Origin: a virus
DNA: 64,000 bases
Virus record (IMG/VR): IMGVR_UViG_3300045988_076504
Coordinates: 1 to 64,000 of that record
Reading direction: 5' to 3' (one strand)
The notes below the pieces were generated by a model that was not told the origin of the DNA, searched no databases, and saw only the letters and a list, made by a program, of their open reading frames with translations. A program made the translations under genes and the position numbers. Of the stretch, positions 13,572-25,496 are shown piece by piece. The stretch's first letter is position 1; every line of letters begins with the position of its first letter.

Positions 13572-14108
13572 ATGGAACTGAAATTTAAAAAACTAGATGA
13601 TAAGGCTGTAATGCCGATTAGAGCTTACAAAAGTGATGCAGGATTAGATTTAACATGTACAAAAATTGTACCTGTACGTAATGCTTGTAATCAGCTTTTG
13701 TTGGAGTATCATACAGGTCTTGCTGTAGAAATTCCTGAAGGTTATGTAGGTCTTTTATTTCCACGTAGTAGTGTATTTAAGACATCTTTAATACAATCAA
13801 ACTGTGTGGGTGTTATTGATAGCGGTTATCGTGGAGAAGTTAAGGCAATTTTTAGAAATACTACAGATGTTATTCCTGCAGTATTTCAAGAAGGTGAAAG
13901 ATTCTGCCAATTGGTAATTGTACCAATTCCAGAGATTACAGTAGTAGAATCCTCAGAATTGAGCGAAGGAGATCGTGGTGAAAATGGTTACGGTTCCTCA
14001 GGAAATACAAACAAAGACAAAAATATTAGCGCAGAGCAACCTTCTGATGACGATCAGACAGAGACTCCAGCGGCGGTTGCTGGTCAAGCAACTGAGGCAG
14101 ATGCATAA
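13572..14108 (+). CDS. dut: dUTP diphosphatase (trimeric dUTPase) with a low-complexity acidic C-terminal extension
   Basis: All five dUTPase motifs are visible: AGLDL, GLLFPRSS, GVIDSGYRGE, ERFCQLVI and RGENGYGSSG. Confidence 0.9.
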   Translation: MELKFKKLDDKAVMPIRAYKSDAGLDLTCTKIVPVRNACNQLLLEYHTGLAVEIPEGYVGLLFPRSSVFKTSLIQSNCVGVIDSGYRGEVKAIFRNTTDVIPAVFQEGERFCQLVIVPIPEITVVESSELSEGDRGENGYGSSGNTNKDKNISAEQPSDDDQTETPAAVAGQATEADA

Positions 14109-14126
14109 TTAATTATTAACTGCATT

Positions 14127-14162
14127 GATAAGGGAGCATTCTAATTGGAGTGCCCCCTTATC
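14127..14162 (+). terminator. long hairpin after dut (possible terminator)
   Basis: GATAAGGGAGCA...TGCCCCCTTATC forms 12 pairing positions with one mismatch, followed by GTGTTTATATT. Confidence 0.4.
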
Positions 14163-14184
14163 GTGTTTATATTAAAATGTAATT

Positions 14185-14703
14185 ATGTTTGATATACAAG
14201 GAAACAAAATTATACTAAAAACAGACGAACTTGCAATACCTCCATTCAAGGATTATTACAATAACGCAAAAGACAAATCTAGAGCTATACAAGATATTGA
14301 ATTTGTAATATGGCGTTATAGATGGAATACCCCATACGAAGCGTATCCAGAAAAAGAACGTACATGGAGAGTTGCAAAAGATGTTTTTAAAGATGAACAT
14401 TATGAACCAACAGCAGAGATAAAAGAATTAGCAAAACGTTTCAATGAGTTTCAAGAAACACCTATGACGCGATTGCTCACATCTTCAAAACATGCTGCTG
14501 AGGCGATAATGAATGTAATGAACGAATATTCACAAGAAGACCTTGATATAGACACCGCAACTAAAGTATCAAAGCTACTTAAAGATATAAGTGGTATTAT
14601 TAAATCGCTAGATTTAGCGATGAAACAAGCAAAAGCAGAACAAGCTGAAACAGGTCGTGTAAAAGGTGGTGGTGTTATAGGTCTATATGAAAGCCCTAAA
14701 TAA
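14185..14703 (+). CDS. hypothetical protein immediately upstream of terL
   Basis: 172-aa ORF. Its TAA overlaps the terL ATG (TAATG). Confidence 0.7.
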   Translation: MFDIQGNKIILKTDELAIPPFKDYYNNAKDKSRAIQDIEFVIWRYRWNTPYEAYPEKERTWRVAKDVFKDEHYEPTAEIKELAKRFNEFQETPMTRLLTSSKHAAEAIMNVMNEYSQEDLDIDTATKVSKLLKDISGIIKSLDLAMKQAKAEQAETGRVKGGGVIGLYESPK

Positions 14704-17700
14704 TGGTTGATTTTAATTAGCATATAAAGAATACTAAGAAGTTCTGTGAAGCGGCAGAATTTTTCAAAGTACATAAATGTTATACTTTAGCTCCCAGAGG
14801 TACGACAGATTATGTTAAATATTGGGAGCGCGAAACAGACAGATGTTTAAATGGGTACACAGCTCCAGACGGTGATCAAATAACAGGCTATCATTATTTC
14901 TATCTTAATTACTGTCCTATTATGAGATTGGATGAAACAGAATATACAGATAGAAACGGAGATACACGTAAACGAAGAGAACGTATATTTGATTTCCCTA
15001 AGTTCTGGGATTATGATTATTATTATTTTAATGCTGTAGAAGAAGCTGAAACTGTCGGTAAACACATGGCGGTATTAAAATGTCGTCAGAGAGGTTATAG
15101 TTTTAAAGGAGCTGCGATGTTAGTTCGTAATTATGAGCTTATTCCAGGATCCAAGAACTTTGCAGTGGCTTCTGAACAGAAATTCTTAGTCGGTGACGGT
15201 TTGTTAACAAAAGCTTGGCAGATCATGGACTTTATAGATAAGAATACAGCGTGGGCGAAGTAGCGTTTGACGTCTACTCGTATGGAACGTGTGTCTGGTT
15301 ATAAAGTTACTGACGAGTTTGGTAAATAGACAGAATAGGGTTATTTATCGAGCATTACAGGAATCACTCTTAAAAATGACCCAGAACGTATTCGTGGTAC
15401 CCGTGGTAGATTAGTATTGTGGGAGGAGAGTGGAAAATTCCCAAGCTTGTTAGATGCTTGGCGTGTTGAACAACCTGCAGTAGAGACGGACGATGGTGTA
15501 GCATTCGGATTAATGATTAGTTTTGGTACAGGAGGTACTGAAGGAGCTTCGTTTGACGGATTGAAGGAGTTGTTTTATAAACCAAAAGCTTATAACGTGC
15601 TTTCGTTCCCAAATATTTGGGACGACAACGCAGAATAGACAGAATGTGGTTTCTTTGTACCAGCTTGGAGTAATCTTGAATCTTTTGATGAAGACGGTAA
15701 GTATATCTACATGGATGAAGACGGAAATAGTTTTCGTGAAAAAACTATTGAAGAACTTATAAAGCAACGTAATATTATTAAAGACGGAGGAGCTAGCCAA
15801 TAGTCTATAGACAGGTTTATATCCGAGCGTCCTATAAAGCCACAAGAAGCTGTATTGGAGCTTGGTAAAAATATATTTCCACGTAAACTTTTAATGGACC
15901 AACTTACACGTTTACGTACAAATAAGAAGCTTCAAAGTATGAAGCATATTGTAGATCTTAGTTGGGACGGAAATGGTAACGTAATAGCTACAGAAAAGAA
16001 AACAGGCGATATTACAAACTATCCGTTAAAGAAAGATTAGAAGCCTGCAGGATCCGTTGTGATATGGGAGTACCCAGTAAAGGATCCTCCATTTGGATTA
16101 TACATAGGAGGCTGTTTGACACCTGGTGAAAAAGTTTGTACGTAGCGTGGATTGATAAATGTTGAGGATGTTACTTTAGACGATAAGCTTATAAACAAAG
16201 ATGGAAAGTTTGTAGAAATAAAAAACCTTTAGAGGTATGATAAGGTAAACGAACCTATTTTCACATTGAAACCGTATGGTTCGTTTAGAACTACAACGTT
16301 TACCGGAGAACATCCTATATGGATACATAATAAAGGCTTTGTAAAAGCCAAAAATGTAAAGTAGGGAGATTGGCTGGAAATACCAAATACGTATAAAATA
16401 GACTGTATTGAAGATGACGATCGTCTTGCAAAATTGTATTATTTTTACGGCTTGTGGTTAGGAGATGGATTTTGTAACAAAAACGGAAATTCTCATGACA
16501 TATATTTGTCTATCGGAAAGAACGAAACAGATCTCGCATAGTTTTATGATCAACTTGTTGCGGAGTTGTTCGATAGAAAATGTATACATGTGCATAAAGA
16601 TAGAGAAGAGACTCGGAGATTTACAGACAAACGGTTATTTTAGGAACTTAAATCTTTATTTGGAACAAACGCACACAACAAGAGAATTCCAGAATGTATA
16701 AAAAAACTACCATACAATTACAAATTGCATTTCTTACAAGGGTATCTCGATTCTGATGGTTCTGTATTTTTAGATAATGGAAAAGTAAGAACAAACTTCA
16801 CAAGTGTGAACTTAGAACTTCTAGAAGATGTTCAAGATATGCTTTTTGGAATGGGTATCGCAAATAGTATCGTAATACATCAAAAAGAAACTACAAACAA
16901 ACAAGGTGTTCATTCGCAACAATCATATAGAATAAATATAAGTAGATCACATCAGATATCTTTAGCACTATTTCCTATATTTAACAGCAGAAAAATTAAA
17001 TTATTAAGTACTGCTGAGTACACATCATATGATAGAATGGATGTGAAATTCGCAGATGATAAAACACTGTTAAAAATTTAGAATGTAAATGATTCGTCAT
17101 ACACAGGAGTTGTATATAATTTTGAATGTGAGACACATACATTTATGTGTAGAAACATTTTAACACACAACTGCGACCCGTTAACACATCAGCGGGGTAT
17201 AATCGAGCAAAAACGGTGAAAGTCTAGAACAGAAAACACCGTGCTAATCTTACAGATTGCGAAAGGCTGTAAGACAGTGTAACGCATAGGAGATGAATAA
17301 ATATAATTCTCCCACGAGTGCTCGACACCATTTTTGGTGATGATATATGCTGAACTACATGGGGACATGTAGAAGTTAAGATAAAAAACTTAGCGATAAC
17401 AAATTGATGATCACGACGAATCGTTTACAAACTCATTAGGGTCAACATTTATATTTAAACGTGTTCAAGCAGGAGAAGCTTGGACAGATGTAATAGTAGC
17501 TGAGTATTCTGGAAGACCGGATACAGCGGAAGAATACTATGAAAACGTTCGTAAACTACTATTGTTCTATAATGCGAGATTGTTATTTGAGAACGAACGT
17601 AAAGGTATATATCCATATTTTACAAACAAACATTGTGATTACTTATTAGCCGATTAGCCAGATAAAGTAATCAGTGAATTATTTAAGAATTCTACAGTAC

Positions 17701-18044
17701 AACGTAGAAAAGGTTGCCATATGACAAAATAGATAAGGGCGTATGGTGAAGGTTTGATATTAGAATGGATGATGGAAGAATATGAACCAGGGCATCCAAA
17801 TATTGAACGTATATTTAGCGAACCGTTGATAGAAGAGTTAATAATGGACGATTAGGTTCGCAATGTGGACCGTGTTATAGCACTATGCATGGTCATGATT
17901 TATAGAGAAGAATTATATCAAGTAAAAGTATCAAGTGCTAAAGAGTAGAATAAGTAGGTAGAACTCTTCGAAAAGCCATTATTTAGCGATTAGTGGTGGG
18001 ACGATGGTCCGCAGGAAGATGATTTGCCAATATTTAGTTTTTAA
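14703..18044 (+). CDS. terL: terminase large subunit, TAG-recoded, interrupted by an intein and a group-I-like intron
   Basis: One frame runs from ATG 14703 to TAA 18042-18044. The ORF-track pieces 14922-15263, 15417-15638, 15855-16040 and 16725-17081 and the unlisted stretches between them are separated only by TAG (the first at 14718). Sequence includes ...KYWERETDRCLNGY...GYHYFYLNYCPI... and ...RIRGTRGRLVLWEESGKF. TGA/TAA stops occur only inside 17217-17400, the intron. Confidence 0.9.
16113..17171 (+). mobile_element. intein with LAGLIDADG homing-endonuclease domain, inserted in terL
   Basis: 353 codons. It starts ...LYIGG|CLTPGEKV. Block B is FTGEHPIW. The LAGLIDADG motifs are LWLGDGF and FLQGYLDSDGSV. 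It ends VYNFECETHTFMCRNILTHN|C, with the +1 Cys at 17172-17174. It contains in-frame TAGs itself. Confidence 0.85.
17182..17406 (+). mobile_element. ORF-less group-I-like intron in terL (225 nt)
   Basis: Exon 1 ends CCCGU (17177-17181), which pairs with GCGGG (17192-17196) and gives the U:G wobble at the splice site. The intron ends in G (17406). Joining the exons gives CCG TAT GAT CAC GAC = P-Y-D-H-D in frame. Frame 0 has TGA/TAA stops only inside this interval. Internal hairpins are CTTACAG...CTGTAAG and CTACATG-GGGA-CATGTAG. Confidence 0.65.
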
Positions 18045-18047
18045 TCA

Positions 18048-20534
18048 ATGGTAGAAGATAATTTATATAATTCGAGATTCCCTTAGCAGAAATTACTGCT
18101 ATCGAAGAAAAATGAAAAATGGCAGCACGATTGCGTAAATTATATTATTGGCGAAGGCAATATCGTTTCAGGGGGATAGACGCATACTGCACATGGAGAG
18201 ATGCAGACTTATTATAATCTGTATAATAGTATATTCGATGAGAAGGATTTTAAAAAGATAACAAATCCATTTAAGGTAGAAGAAGGTTTTCCTGCAACAC
18301 CTTAGGATTTTAATATCATCAGACCCAAAATAGACCTTCTCATCGGAGAAGAAACTAAACGACCATTAAACTTTAGAGTTGTACGAACATCACAGGAAGC
18401 AACATCTGAGTTAATGGAGACGTAGAAATAGTTATTAATGCAATATATGCAATCAGCATTAATGGCACAAATGGGTCCAGAAGAACAGCAACAGTTTCAG
18501 GAACAATTACAAAACGGCGAAATAATGCCACCTGAACAAATTGCTAAATATATGGACAAAGACTACAAAGATGTAGTAGAAAACACCGCATATCACACAC
18601 TTACGTATTTAAGAGAAAAATTAGGCATCGATAACGAGTTTATCAAAGGCTGGAAAGATGCGCTCATTAGCGGTCAAGAAGTGTATTATGTTGGTGTACT
18701 TAACTCAGAACCATATATGGAGAGAGTTAACCCTATGTATTTTTCATACGATAGAAGCCCGGATCTTGAATTTATAGAAGACGGCGCTTGGTGTTGTAGA
18801 AGAATGCGTTTACCTATCACCGAAGTTTATGATAGGTATTATGACAAACTCACAGAAAAAGATTTGAACAAACTTGAAGAAATGATAAATGCTGTACCTG
18901 CAAATAATCTTGGAGAACATGGTCCAAGAGATGATTTCAGAGGTATACAATTACATTTCTATGACAATCCTATATATGACGAAAAAGGTAATCACAATGT
19001 AAATGTATGGCATTGTTGCTGGAAATCTTTTAAGCGTATTAACTATGTCACTACACAAGACGAACAAGGTCAAATGTAGGTAAATATAGTTGACGAAACA
19101 TACCAACCTACAGGTACTGAAATTTCTATTGAACCGGATTGGATAGTTGAAGTATGGGAAGGATATAGGTGTAGCAACGATCTGTTTTTTGGTATACAAC
19201 CTATTGAATATCAGCATGTGAGCATAGATAATCCTAACAGTCAAAAGCTTCCGTATTGTGGAGCTATATACAGCAATACAAACAGTAGACCGAGATCTCT
19301 TGTTAGTATTCTCAAACCTCTACAATATATGTATATAGTATTGTGGTATAGATTGGAACTTGCGATAGCTAGAGATAAAGGTAAGGTTGTAAATATGGAT
19401 GTTACGTAGATACCTAAATCTATGGGTATTACTGTTGATAAATGGATGCATTATCTTTCAAGTGTTGGTGTTAACTTTATAAATCCTTTTGATACGGGTT
19501 GGAATATTCCGAATCGTGAAGGAGGAAAGCCGAGTCAGTTCAATCAGATTACATCTCTCGATCTTACAATGTCAAATGTTATAGCTGAATATATACAGTT
19601 GATGGATAAAATCGAACAACTTGCGGGGACCATATCTGGTATTACAGAACAACGTCAAGGTGCAATTAGTTCTACAGAACTTGTAGGAAATGTGGAACGT
19701 AGCGTTACACAATCATCACACATTACAGAACCTCTATTCTGGGTACACGCTCAAGTAAAGCGTCACGTATTAAATATGTTGCTAAATACTGCAAAAGGAG
19801 CTTGGCAAGAAACTGGTAAAGATAAATTACAATACATCTTCGATAACGGAGAAAGAGCGTTTATAGACATAACAAATAAATTCTATTATGAGGATATGGA
19901 TGTATTTGTATCAGATACATCAAAAGATCTTGAAAATATATAGAAGTTACAACAGCTTATACAGCCAGCTATGCAGAATGGAGCATCTCTATTAGAAGCT
20001 GCTGAGATTCTTACAAATGATAATTTCAACATCATTAAGCAGAAACTCAAGGATATGCAGACTCGTCAAGAGCAGCAAGTACAACAGCAACAACAGGCAC
20101 AAGCAGAACAGGAACAGAAGATTCAAGAAATGCAGAATCAAGCTAAAGAACAAGAGCTTATGTTGCAAGAGGCACAGATGGATCTTACACGTTATCAGAT
20201 AGATCAAGACAACGCTACTAAGATTGCTGTAGCTGAAATTAGTGCTTACCGTGGTACAGAAGACAAGGACGCAAATATGAACGGAATACCAGACATGATG
20301 GAAATCGGTAAACAGGCGTTGGAACACCAAAAGCTTCAAATGGAATCATACGATAGACAATACGAGTCTAAACAAAAACGAGAAATCGAAAATGCTAAAA
20401 TTCGACTGGAGCGTGATAAGATGTCTCACGAAACGTCATTACAAAAACAGAAGGATGATGCGGCATATAAAAGAGAAGAACTTAAAGCCAAAACAGCTTT
20501 AAAAAATCCAGTATCTGGGGAACATAAAAAATAA
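18048..20534 (+). CDS. portal protein (by position and size), TAG-recoded
   Basis: 828 codons in one frame from ATG 18048 to TAA 20532-20534. There are 8 in-frame TAGs (18084, 18177, 18303, 18423, 18429, 19077, 19407, 19941). It directly follows terL and has a Gln/Glu-rich coiled C-terminus. Confidence 0.7.
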
Positions 20535-20542
20535 TAATTATC

Positions 20543-21115
20543 ATGAAAGAAGAGTGGAAAATCATAGAAGGTACTAATGGAAAGTACTCGGTATCTAATT
20601 TAGGAAATGTTAAAATGAACGAACATTACACTGAAATTACTCCATCAAAAACTAATCCTTTAGGAAAAGCAAAATTGTACAAAGAACGACCGGTAAAACA
20701 ATATTTGAATTGTAACGGTTATCCGATAGTGTATTTACAAATATCGAAAGGTAATAGGGTGATAAAACCAGTACATAGACTTGTCGCCCAAGCATTTATA
20801 CCGAATCCACATAATCTACCATTTGTGAATCATAAAGATGAATCTAGATGTAATAACAATGCGGACAACTTAGAATGGTGCGATCCAAAATATAATGCGA
20901 ATTATGGTACAAGAAACGAAAGATTGCGAATAGCTGGAGGACGAAAAGTAGCACAGTATACATTAGATGGAGAGTTTGTAAAGATTTGGGATAGTGTATC
21001 TTCAATATCACAATATTATGGTATAAAATCAACAGCTCCTATATCTAGAGTATGTCGTCATATGAAGGGAAGACTTACTTATAAAGGATATAAATGGGAG
21101 TATGTGAATTGTTAG
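20543..21115 (+). CDS. free-standing NUMOD4/HNH_3-type homing endonuclease
   Basis: EWKIIEGTNGKYSVSNLGNVK (NUMOD4-like) and NGYPIVYL...VHRLVAQAFIPNPHNLPFVNHKDESRCNNNADNLEW (HNH_3-like). It ends on TAG at 21113. If TAG is read through, it extends to TAA at 21206-21208. Confidence 0.8.
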   Translation: MKEEWKIIEGTNGKYSVSNLGNVKMNEHYTEITPSKTNPLGKAKLYKERPVKQYLNCNGYPIVYLQISKGNRVIKPVHRLVAQAFIPNPHNLPFVNHKDESRCNNNADNLEWCDPKYNANYGTRNERLRIAGGRKVAQYTLDGEFVKIWDSVSSISQYYGIKSTAPISRVCRHMKGRLTYKGYKWEYVNC

Positions 21116-21191
21116 AAATACGATCTTGGAAAACTTACGAAGGAACAGCTGATAGAATTAAAGGATTAGATAGAAGAAAAATTAAAAACAT

Positions 21192-21983
21192 ATGATACAC
21201 AATTATAATAAACCGTCTGAATTACTCGCCAGACAAAAACAAACTGGCGAGTCTTATTGGGATATGATAGGTAAACCTCTACCAGAATACAAACGTGGTA
21301 AATCAGTGTATCAACAATTTGTAGAAACACATCGTAGAGGGTTGTATAGATATTTAAAAGCTCATAATTTACCAACTACGGCATTAGATAACATGGTTCG
21401 TCAAATGGCATGGGAATCTACATATGGAACATCAAACGTTGCTAAGAAATATAACAACTATGGTGGATACGGGTATAATGGTAAAACTTATACCAACTTT
21501 AAAAACGATGAAGATTTCTATAAAGCGTACGTAGGTCTTATAAATAAAATGGGGGCTTTGCGTGAAACTGATACAAATAAATATGCGAGAATACTTAAAA
21601 ACAAAGGTTATTACGGAGATTCGTATGAAAATTATTCTAAGAATTTGAATTCCATGAAACAGGCAGAGAAATGGATATTGAACGAATAGAAATATAATAA
21701 ATAGTTCTACGGAAACCCTCAAATGAAATTATCAGATTTTGATGGAGACGATTTGATACAAAAGAAAACAAACCCAGCTCCCGTAGATAATACATTTGTT
21801 GAAAAGCCTGAAATAGTTCCACAAACACCGGATCTTCATTTACAACCTGTATCATATGATTCGCAATATTAGAGTTCGTTACCAGACATTATGCAAACCT
21901 ACCAAAGAATGACAAGCGGACAGATGCCGTTGCAAACATTAAATAATACAGAGTACGGATATGAAGACTATACAGAAGCCTAA
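21192..21983 (+). CDS. glucosaminidase (FlgJ-type)-like peptidoglycan hydrolase domain protein, TAG-recoded
   Basis: VRQMAWESTYGTSNVAKKYNNYGGYGY resembles the ESGWG.S.LA...NN.FGIK block. The frame continues through TAGs at 21687, 21702 and 21870 to TAA at 21981-21983. Confidence 0.55.
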
Positions 21984-24222
21984 AAGAATGTGGCAAAAGA
22001 AGAAAGACTATAATAAAAAGAAATTAATACGTAAGATACAAAGACGTAATAAAATTTCTTTTGATGGTGGTAAAGACGAGTCTTATTCGGATTTAAAAAC
22101 AAATCGACCGATTATTATAAGACCCGGTTTGCTATCGATGTTTACTCCAAAACCTAAAGGATATAAGGAAGGTAAAAATTGCTTTGATGACGGTAGTGAT
22201 GATGGTAAAGACGATATTCGTGAACAGATAGAGAAAGATTTTCCATCTAGTAAGGCATTCGGAACAATACTTCCAGATTATACAATTGTTGCAGATTCTA
22301 CATTTACAAGAGATAAAACGGGAGCTGGGGAAATTGAATACTTCGACGAACCCGAAATCACATATGCAAACGGTTATAGAAAAGTAAATCCTACAAAAGG
22401 ACCGTCGTTGGTATATAATCCAAATAGTCAAACTGCGGAGGATGTAAAATTAGATTTGTTACATCATTATAGAAAATATGATCCTGTATACCAAGATTTA
22501 TTAAAAGATTATACAAATACACAAGATCCCAGTTAGATCTTATATAATTCTGAACTTGGAGAGTATTTTAGAAATCTTCCAAAAGAACAACAAACGGATG
22601 AGAATTGGAATAAACTTGTAAAAGAAAATTTAAATAGTCAATATGTGATTCAAGGCGTAGATGGGTCTTTAAGAGGTCTTATGGCTTCTGATAAACTTCG
22701 TAATATAGGACGATACCCAAGTCGTACTGTTTACGAACGTGAGAATCTTAACACAGATGCTGCAAGAAGAACATATTAGAACGTTGTCGATTATCTTACT
22801 TCAGAAAGATTGCCTGAAGTTATTGTAAAACCAAATTATCAACATGGCAAAAACAAAGGAGATAATAAATAGAATTGGTTTACAAGAATGGCAATAGGAG
22901 CCGCATTTAATGAAAACCCTGCTGTGATGACTGCCGCTGGATGGCATAAGGATTCTCGTGGAAATTGGAAACAAAAACGTACTGCGGCTACTAATAAATT
23001 AGCAGACAATCTTGAAACGATTTCTATGATGGCCGATGGTACTGGCAGCATAGATTTAATTAAAAGCGCCGGTAAACTTTTATGGAATGCAATAAGGCAT
23101 CCTGTACGTACAGCAAAACAGGTTAAGACTTTAGGCAATGTTGCAAAAAATACGGTTGCCGCTATTGATAAATCAATTAAAGGTAACGAGACATTACATA
23201 AAATTACTAAACCGATCGTTGCTAAAAAGAGAACATTGAAACTACAAGATACGATTGATAGAAAAATTAGTGATTTTAAAATGCCTAAAACGACCAAATC
23301 ACAAAAACCAATAAATCAAACATAGGGGTTTAAATCGGAATTAGATTGGTCTCCAGAAAGTTGGTTTAGTACTAGAGTTGGTGGACAATACGATGCCGAA
23401 GATGTAGCGGCACTCAAATCGCATTTGCCTGAGTATTTGGAAATTGAACGAAAAGCAAAAGCAGACGGTACTTGGTTAAAAATGGATGACGGGACAATAT
23501 ATCAGGGAGATCCTAGGAGTTGGGTTTAGCTTATGAGTAATGATGGTAAAAAACTATCGAGACAAAGATTATTTCACGGGGATAATAATATGTTTATGGA
23601 TATTGACGGAAAAGATGTCACTCCAGAAAAAATAGGTAATACTGTTTTGTGGACAAGTACAAACAAATATTTACCACATACTTACGGTAATCGTCATTAT
23701 GAATTAACCATACCAGAGAGCGTTCCGAACAAAATATTTGATGCCAAAGGAAGAAATTTTAATGATTTTATCGACATTTCCGATTATAAATATAAAAACA
23801 CAGACGATATAATTGATGATTTATTAAAAGACAACAATGTTGTGACAATTAATAATGTAGTTGATGTGGGATCAGATCCAAGATGGGCGCCTGGAAATAA
23901 AGGACTTCCAAACGGATTACCTAAAGAAGAGCTTCATAACTATTATAAGAGAGTGTTTGAAGGGAATGATGTTGTTTTAGGAAAAGATGTTCCGAGAAAA
24001 TCTTTGTTGGGTAATAATGGAAATTTCGATTTGTCTAATAAAAATATTTACAAGTCGTTATTCCCACTACTTATTGGAACCGAATTATTACAAGACAATT
24101 ACAATTCCGGTAAGGATATATATATAAAGAAGGCAAATAGAGGTAAATTTACCAAAGCCGCTAATGAGCATAACATGGGTGTCTAGGAGTTTGCTAGACA
24201 GGTGTTGAGCGCACCCAAATGA
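21961..24222 (+). CDS. large virion-associated hypothetical protein, TAG-recoded
   Basis: ORF-track pieces 21961-22536, 22888-23325 and 23533-24186 are all frame 1 and joined across TAGs. It ends at TGA 24220-24222. Confidence 0.65.
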
Positions 24223-24326
24223 AAATATAGCTCAACATTACGCAAACGTGCCAATTTTGCGAGAAATTTCGCACATTGAGCAGCAATTTAAATACAATTT
24301 AATTTAACTAATTATTATATATAATT

Positions 24327-25472
24327 ATGGCAAAAAAGAAAAACGGTCTATCAACATTCGATGACGCTTTAAGAAAGCTTGGTTATGATGGAGAAGTAAC
24401 AGATCCTATATCAAATATGGATGAGGATGATGTTGACATCGTAGACCAGTCTGATGATGATATTGACGACTTGGACGACAAAGATGATCCCGACAATGCC
24501 GGTGGACCAGACGATGATACACAGGATCTAAATGATCCAAACAATAACGATAATACACCTGTTCCAGATCAAAATAATCTGAATGATGATTTAAATGATA
24601 ATCCTGACGATTAGGACAAACCTTCTACTGATGCAGATAAACTTGAAACGCAGAACGTAAGGTTGTTCTTTGACGCATTCGCAGAGGAATTAGGATGGGA
24701 TGTAGCAGATGATGAAAAACCAGATTCAATGGAGGGCCTTATCAACTATATTGAAGATACAGTTGCTGAGAACTCTAAACCTCAATATGCAGATGACCGT
24801 ATTGCACGACTTGACGCGTATGTCAAGAACGGTGGTAAATTTGAAGATTTCTATAATGGAATGTCTCAGAACATACAATACGATAATATGGATATGGAGG
24901 ACGAATCTAATCAAAAGATGGCAGTCCGTGATTATTTAAAACTATCTGGCTACTCTGATGAGCAGATTGATAAAAAGATAGAAAGATACGAGGATGCAGA
25001 CATGCTTGAAGATGAAGCTACAGATGCGATAGAAAGACTTAAAGAGCATCAGCAGTTGCAACTTCAACATCAACAGGAAGAGCAAGAGGCGTTGCGTATT
25101 CAACAGCAGCAACAAGCTCAACAGTTTGTTACAAGTTTGAATAATACAATAAATTCTCTTGATAGTATTAGAGGAATAGCCATACCTAAACAAGACAGAA
25201 AAGCTCTATTTGATTATATTACAAAGGTAGATGCTTCCGGTATGACACAATATCAGAAAGATTTTAACGCTAATATGACAGAGAACCTTATAGAGTCTGC
25301 ATATTTCACAATGAAAGGCGATGCCCTCATCGGGGAAGCTAAACGCACTGGTCAAACGACTGCTGCAGAAAAACTTAGAAAAATGTTAAGATATTAGACT
25401 AAGAATCATAGTAGTTTTAATATAGATGATAAGAAACGTTCAGTAGCTGATATTGCGTCAAGATGGCTATGA
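24327..25472 (+). CDS. acidic coiled-coil protein upstream of the MCP (scaffold-like), TAG-recoded
   Basis: Pieces 24327-24614 and 24663-25397 share a frame. It has a poly-Asp/Asn N-terminus and a QQ-rich helix. It ends at TGA 25470-25472. Confidence 0.6.
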
Positions 25473-25496
25473 GAACATTAATCAATAAATAAATTT

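Noticed and set aside
24955-24985. Other CTGATGA occurrences (about 14047, about 24955 and about 59083 on the plus strand) as additional hammerheads.
   Set aside because: All lie inside coding sequence, and none is followed by a stem II hairpin plus GAAA and stem III.
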